Source of the DNA: Bugula neritina
Taxonomy: Eukaryota > Animalia > Bryozoa
Length of the DNA: 12,828 bases
Direction of reading: 5' to 3'
NCBI GenBank assembly: GCA_964035545.1
Contig: CAXIUT010000300.1
Span: forward strand, 1 to 12,828
This document shows, piece after piece, positions 8,630 through 12,828 of the stretch. The notes beneath the pieces were generated by a model. It made no database searches. It had not been told where the DNA came from and saw only the letters and a list, made by a program, of their open reading frames with translations. Both the position numbers and the translations under genes were made by a program. The stretch's first letter is position 1; the number at the start of each line of letters is the position of its first letter.

Positions 8630-10759
8630 TCACTAAGTTGATTATTTTACTGGTTTTGTAGCAGTAGAAGAGAATTCTTTGGCATTAGATCCAAAAATAA
8701 AATGTTATTTTTATTTTTATGTCAATTTTTGATCAATAAATCGATTAAATCCCTGTAATTATTCGATATGATTACTAGCATTATTCTTTATTACTGTTCT
8801 TACTACATTATTAAATGTTTACATTGGTTTAGTCTGACTAAAAGAGTAGATTTATCACATTTTAATTTTTTAATCTCCTGTTTTAAACTACGAACATCCC
8901 ATTAGCTATACTTTTTACCTGCACTCATTCGACTTATTTTGCTATTCTGACTACATCCATCATCATCTTAGAAGACAGGTTATGGATTTCTTTATAAAAA
9001 TTATACTTTTGCTGTTATCTTTTAATTCTAATCTTGAAGTTATGCATTAGCTCGAACATACTCCTTCATTTGAATTTTCATTTAGAGAATAGCTGTACTC
9101 AGAGATATTATTCTGCCTAAAGTATACTGATTCTATACGAAACTTGATTGATTGACTGTTTATCTATTTTATATTGTTCTGCTTTTCTATTTTCTAATGC
9201 TTGGGTTCTTGCTAATTATACTTGTTTTATTTAAAATTTGTGGTTGTTTTTAAGGATTAATACTTTTTTGTAAAGTTGATAGTTATTTTTAATAATCAGC
9301 CAGTTTATCTAGAAGTGTTCTTTCGTTTCTTTAGATTTGTTAGTTCTTTTTTTTCAAACTTATATTATTTTAGTTGATTTAGCGTATAGAAGCTTATAAC
9401 CTTGTGATATCTTTTTGTAAAAATTGTACTCTTTATTCCATTTGTTGATAGGTTTGTCCATTGATTTCTTCTTGTTTGTCTTTTTATCCTTTTATCTGTT
9501 GCATTCTTATATCTTTATGTCTGTTTTAACTTTATTATAGCATTAGTTTTTGTTTCAAATCTAAATTTTATGAAGTTAGAGTCTCCTAGAATATTTTATA
9601 TTGATGTATTTTACCTTTAAGAAGAAGTATCTAATTACTCATCATATCTTTTTGTGCTCTTTACTCTTAAAGAATACCTATTAATTACTAATATTTTGGA
9701 TCCAAATCGCTAGTCATTGAAGGATTCGATACATTCTTTTTGCTATTTATTTTGATAGAATTAGCAGCTACTCCAAATTTTAAAGTATTAAGAGTTTATC
9801 CAATACTTTATTCTGTTTGATTTATTGTACATATAACTATTGTTTTTGAATTGCCTGTCAAACAAGGTTGCAGGATTCTTGTCAATCTTGAATCTCTAAA
9901 ATTTATATAATTATTTCTTTAACTTAGTGATCTTATTACATTAGATAAAGCTAGTAAACTTTTGTTTATATTTTAACTTTCTTTCTTTAGTAGTCCAACC
10001 GCATTGGTTTTACTGATGCTTTCACTGCCTGCAAGATCGACCATGCTGATCGTAGCAACAGATGAAGTTAAATCTTTGTGAGCTACTTCCAAGTTGATTC
10101 TGAAGATAGTGTGAGAACGAGAAGATTATTCGTTGATGTTATTGCATGCAAATTTTCTTCTACCTTCTCCATCACTGTACAATCTAAGTGAGTCCTCTTC
10201 ATTGTTGACTTAATCTTCAATTAGTTATTGTATAATTGCATTCTTTTTGGTATCATCTCGTATGTCAAGGAATTTTGATCCATTATCTCTGCTTAAAAGG
10301 TCAATTATGTTTTAGTTATAGATTTAAAAGTAGTTTATTCTAACTTTAGCTACCATCTGTTCATCTTATATTCTTCTGAATATCTCTTGGATAGTGAGAG
10401 GAATGATTCCTGGATTGTATTCAACTCCTTTCATAGTGTAAGTCTTGCCGGATGAGGTTTGTCCGTAGGCAAGGATGCAAGCTTAGTATTAAATAAAATA
10501 CCATTATAGCCTTCAAAGAGGTGCTCGATGATAGGAGTCATTACAGTTTTGAATATTTATCTATTTTTGCAGTTTTAATTGAATACTTCGTCTTCATTAT
10601 GACATTATTACTAAATTCAAAAGGCTAAGCTGAGTTGCGATTGACCAGAACTTCTTGTCTTGACGCATTTATCAGAGAGATCTCATCCATTAGTATAGGT
10701 TTTAACCTTACAAAAGTCTTAATGAACTCTGGATTTTTGTTAGTATCGCCTAGACGCAT
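8630..10759 (-). CDS. N-terminal-motor kinesin with coiled-coil tail (kinesin-7/CENP-E-like P-loop), about 688 aa, 2-3 introns
   Basis: [26 protein letters not shown] (P-loop), [24 protein letters not shown] (switch I), VDLAGSE (switch II), [31 protein letters not shown]. Introns 10592-10611, 10482-10501 and probably 8753-8775. Without the last intron the stop is at 8722-8724 (665 aa). Confidence 0.92.
8753..8775 (-). other. Probable spliceosomal intron, 23 nt (kinesin intron 3)
   Basis: gtaatcatatcgaataattacag; removal extends the ORF through the coding-like stretch 8633-8752. No homology support. Confidence 0.55.
10482..10501 (-). other. Spliceosomal intron, 20 nt (kinesin intron 2)
   Basis: gtattttatttaatactaag; removal restores [12 protein letters not shown]. 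Confidence 0.93.
10592..10611 (-). other. Spliceosomal intron, 20 nt (kinesin intron 1)
   Basis: gtaataatgtcataatgaag; removal gives FEFNEVF, matching the kinesin FxFDxVF segment. Confidence 0.88.
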
Positions 10760-10911
10760 TACTTCAAAATTAATAAACTATTCAAATCATACATATAAAA
10801 TAAACCTCCATTTTTACAACCAAATAATATTCTAAACAAAACATCAAATCAATTCTATCCTATAAAGTTAAGATTAAATAAACTAGTTATGTTTATAGAT
10901 GTAGAACTTGA

Positions 10912-11369
10912 TCATAATTCGGTGGGTTCGTTATCTTGTCTGTCTTTGATTGTTTTTTTCATTTATCCGACAGCATATTTCACAAAATCTTAGAAGGTTC
11001 TTTAGCCTGATTCATAGGATAAGGGTTGTTATTTATTTTGACCAAAAAATTTAATTGTAGGATATCCTTGAACTTGATAAGGTTCACCTGCTGCTCTTTC
11101 TTCTTCCATATTAACTGCTCCTACTCGTATCACTCCACCTAAAATCTATGCTGCTTTTTAAAATTCAGGAGCAGATGACTTGCAATGTCCACACCAAGGA
11201 GCTGTATCGATCTAAATGTACCATAGAATTCAACAAGCCAGAAATCATCGCTATTTACGACTTAATTTTTGAAGTTTTTGGCTGTGAGCTTGAAGACAGC
11301 TGAATCATCGCTGAAAAGTGCTAAGGTTGAGGCTAGACAAAGGGCAAAAACCACTAGGAATTTAGTCAT
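10912..11369 (-). CDS. Single-thioredoxin-domain protein disulfide isomerase (ER), 145 aa, 1 intron
   Basis: Signal peptide MTKFLVVFALCLASTLA; WLVEFYAPWCGHCK active site; VQGYPTIKFF; C-terminal PTEL* resembling a KDEL-type retention signal. Confidence 0.93.
11202..11221 (-). other. Spliceosomal intron, 20 nt
   Basis: gtacatttagatcgatacag; removal restores EFYAPWCGHC. Confidence 0.94.
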
Positions 11370-11406
11370 TGTATTATTACGTGTAAATAATAATTATGAA
11401 GGCAGA

Positions 11407-12621
11407 TCATCGAATATCAAAATGGGACCATTCTTTGTAGGAACAGCTATCAAAGAATTTCCAGATATGAAGCATTTGGTCTCCTGCTCCTGTAGCTACA
11501 AATTTTCCTCCAGGACTAAGAGCAGAATATAGGACTCTATTTTTGTGGCCATGGACTGTCAACTATCTCTTTCCCTACATATTCCAGATAATTATTTGGT
11601 TGAGTGAGAATCCTTGGCAACTTAATATTTATGGAGAATTGGCTGAGGAAATGAGACTGCATATTTGTGAACCTGTATCTATTTAATTGACCACTCCTTC
11701 TGCATCTTTCCAGAATTTAATTTTTCTATCATGGGTGCCTCCTCCAGTGATAAGGGTATTGGGAACGATCCAATCCAAAGCTTTAACAGCTGCTCTGTGT
11801 TCATAGTAGTCGAGATACTAATCGGCTTTTCTGAGATCGTAGATATAGACATAGTTATCATTTCCTCCTGCAGCTAGATAATTTGAATAGACTTTGACTC
11901 CACATATTTATTGATCATGGTATCTGGGAAAGGTTTTGACGATACCAGTAGATCTATTATCGTAGGTTTTGATGTTTCGATCTTTGGAGCCAGTGTAGAT
12001 ATTATTTTCATACCATTCAATGCAGGATATTCTTTATTGATGAGGTTTGAAAGAGGTGATAGTTTTTTGTTTGTAGTAGTCGTAGCAGTGAAAGGAACCC
12101 TAAGAGTATCCGATAGCTATTTTGGTTGTAGTTGGAGAAAAGTGGATGGCGTTTATTTATTATCTTATGTAGTTAAAAGTGTATTTCCGGTATAAAGAAC
12201 TATCGAATTAATCTTACATTGCCATATTGTAGAAGTAGAGGTTGTTATTGGCAGCTGCGCAGATGAAGTTGTTGTAGGACCAGTCTAGGAGGTCAGAATA
12301 GTAGTTATCGGACCATCCTTGGACTTTAAATTTTCTAATAGGTTTTTTATTTCTTTTGATTCCTGTGATTTATTTATGTTATTTTTACTTTTTTTATCTT
12401 TTATCGAGAGTATACTGTCTGATTGATTTGTTTTTGAAGAGTGACTATGATAGTTATGAGTGGTAGGAAGAGGTAGATTTATCTGATGAGGTTGATGATG
12501 AACGAATGCTATACTTTTCACTGTCTATTTTACGAATATGTCGATCATAGATTGATTTTCTTTTGCCTTATGATTTGGGGGTCAAGGGAGGAGTTTAGAA
12601 GGATGGGTGGGTATTTTTCAT
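11407..12621 (-). CDS. Divergent CDC20/Fizzy-family WD40 protein with IR tail, 404 aa, intronless
   Basis: ATG 12621 to TGA 11407-11409. DNYYSDLLDWS, TGSKDRNI, HDQEICGVK, AGGNDN, HRAAVKALDW, TGGGTHDRKIKFW, IDTGSQIC, GFSLNQIIIWN, GHKNRVLY, TGAGDQMLHIW, C-terminal FDIR*. Confidence 0.92.
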
Positions 12622-12703
12622 AGGAAGTATATTATGCAAATTGACTATTTAATATAAGCAAGATATGATTTGGTTTTATATGTTGATATCAATAATATAT
12701 TAT

Positions 12704-12828
12704 GGGGTTGGGGTTGGGGTTGGGGTTGGGGTTGGGGTTGGGGTTGGGGTTGGGGTTGGGGTTGGGGTTGGGGTTGGGGTTGGGGGTTGGGGTTGGGGTT
12801 GGGGTTGGGGTTGGGGTTGGGGGTTGGG
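12704..12828 (+). repeat. Right telomere, (GGGGTT)n
   Basis: G4T2 tandem repeat running to the last base, inverse orientation to the left end; two units have G5. Confidence 0.98.

Noticed and set aside
12200-12217. Possible 18-nt intron gtaagattaattcgatag in the second Fizzy gene
   Set aside because: In frame and not required; shorter than every supported intron. It cannot be excluded without RNA data.
10635-12521. Track ORFs 10635..10835, 11269..11532, 11911..12195 (+) and 11679..11861, 12285..12521 (-)
   Set aside because: Antisense or off-frame to the kinesin, PDI and second Fizzy genes.
270-12621. Standard ciliate code (UAR=Gln) or a split code (UAA=Lys, UAG=Glu)
   Set aside because: TAA sits at invariant Glu sites (EIYNE, QEICG in both Fizzy genes, ETLNTL, IQETLE), as does TAG; conserved Gln sites use CAA/CAG.
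270-12621. Pseudogenes suggested by many in-frame stops and frameshifts
   Set aside because: All apparent stops are TAA/TAG (Glu) and every frameshift is resolved by a GT-AG micro-intron.
12782-12823. G5 variant telomere units (and the C5 run at 78-82)
   Set aside because: Isolated single-base homopolymer differences, consistent with sequencing error or a junction base.
1-12828. CRISPR array, transposon, linear virus or plasmid, tRNA/rRNA genes
   Set aside because: No repeat-spacer array, transposase, polymerase or structural RNA signature seen; the gene content is ordinary eukaryotic nuclear and the spacers are very short and AT-rich.

Overview
This window is a complete telomere-to-telomere eukaryotic chromosome of 12,828 bp, capped by (CCCCAA)n on the left and (TTGGGG)n on the right. 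It is most likely a ciliate macronuclear minichromosome. The supplied ORF track is largely misleading because the code is non-standard: TAA and TAG both occupy invariant glutamate positions in five conserved genes (kinesin, PACRG, RPS17 and two Fizzy proteins). The code is therefore UAA/UAG=Glu with UGA as the only stop (NCBI table 30, peritrich-type), not the usual ciliate UAR=Gln. Under this code, and after removing 12 tiny GT-AG introns (9 of exactly 20 nt; others 21, 22 and 23 nt), I find 10 tightly packed genes that all end in TGA. In order: hypothetical (-), PACRG (-), Cdh1/CDC20-family APC/C coactivator (+), RPS17 with a long charged C-terminal extension (+), two hypotheticals (-,+), a 938-aa CXXC-repeat type I membrane protein (+), a kinesin (-), a single-domain PDI (-), and a second, divergent intronless Fizzy-family protein (-). 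That last protein keeps the IR tail and KEN-receptor motifs but has lost the canonical C-box and the acidic D-box-receptor residues. All translations were done by hand; no database searches were run.
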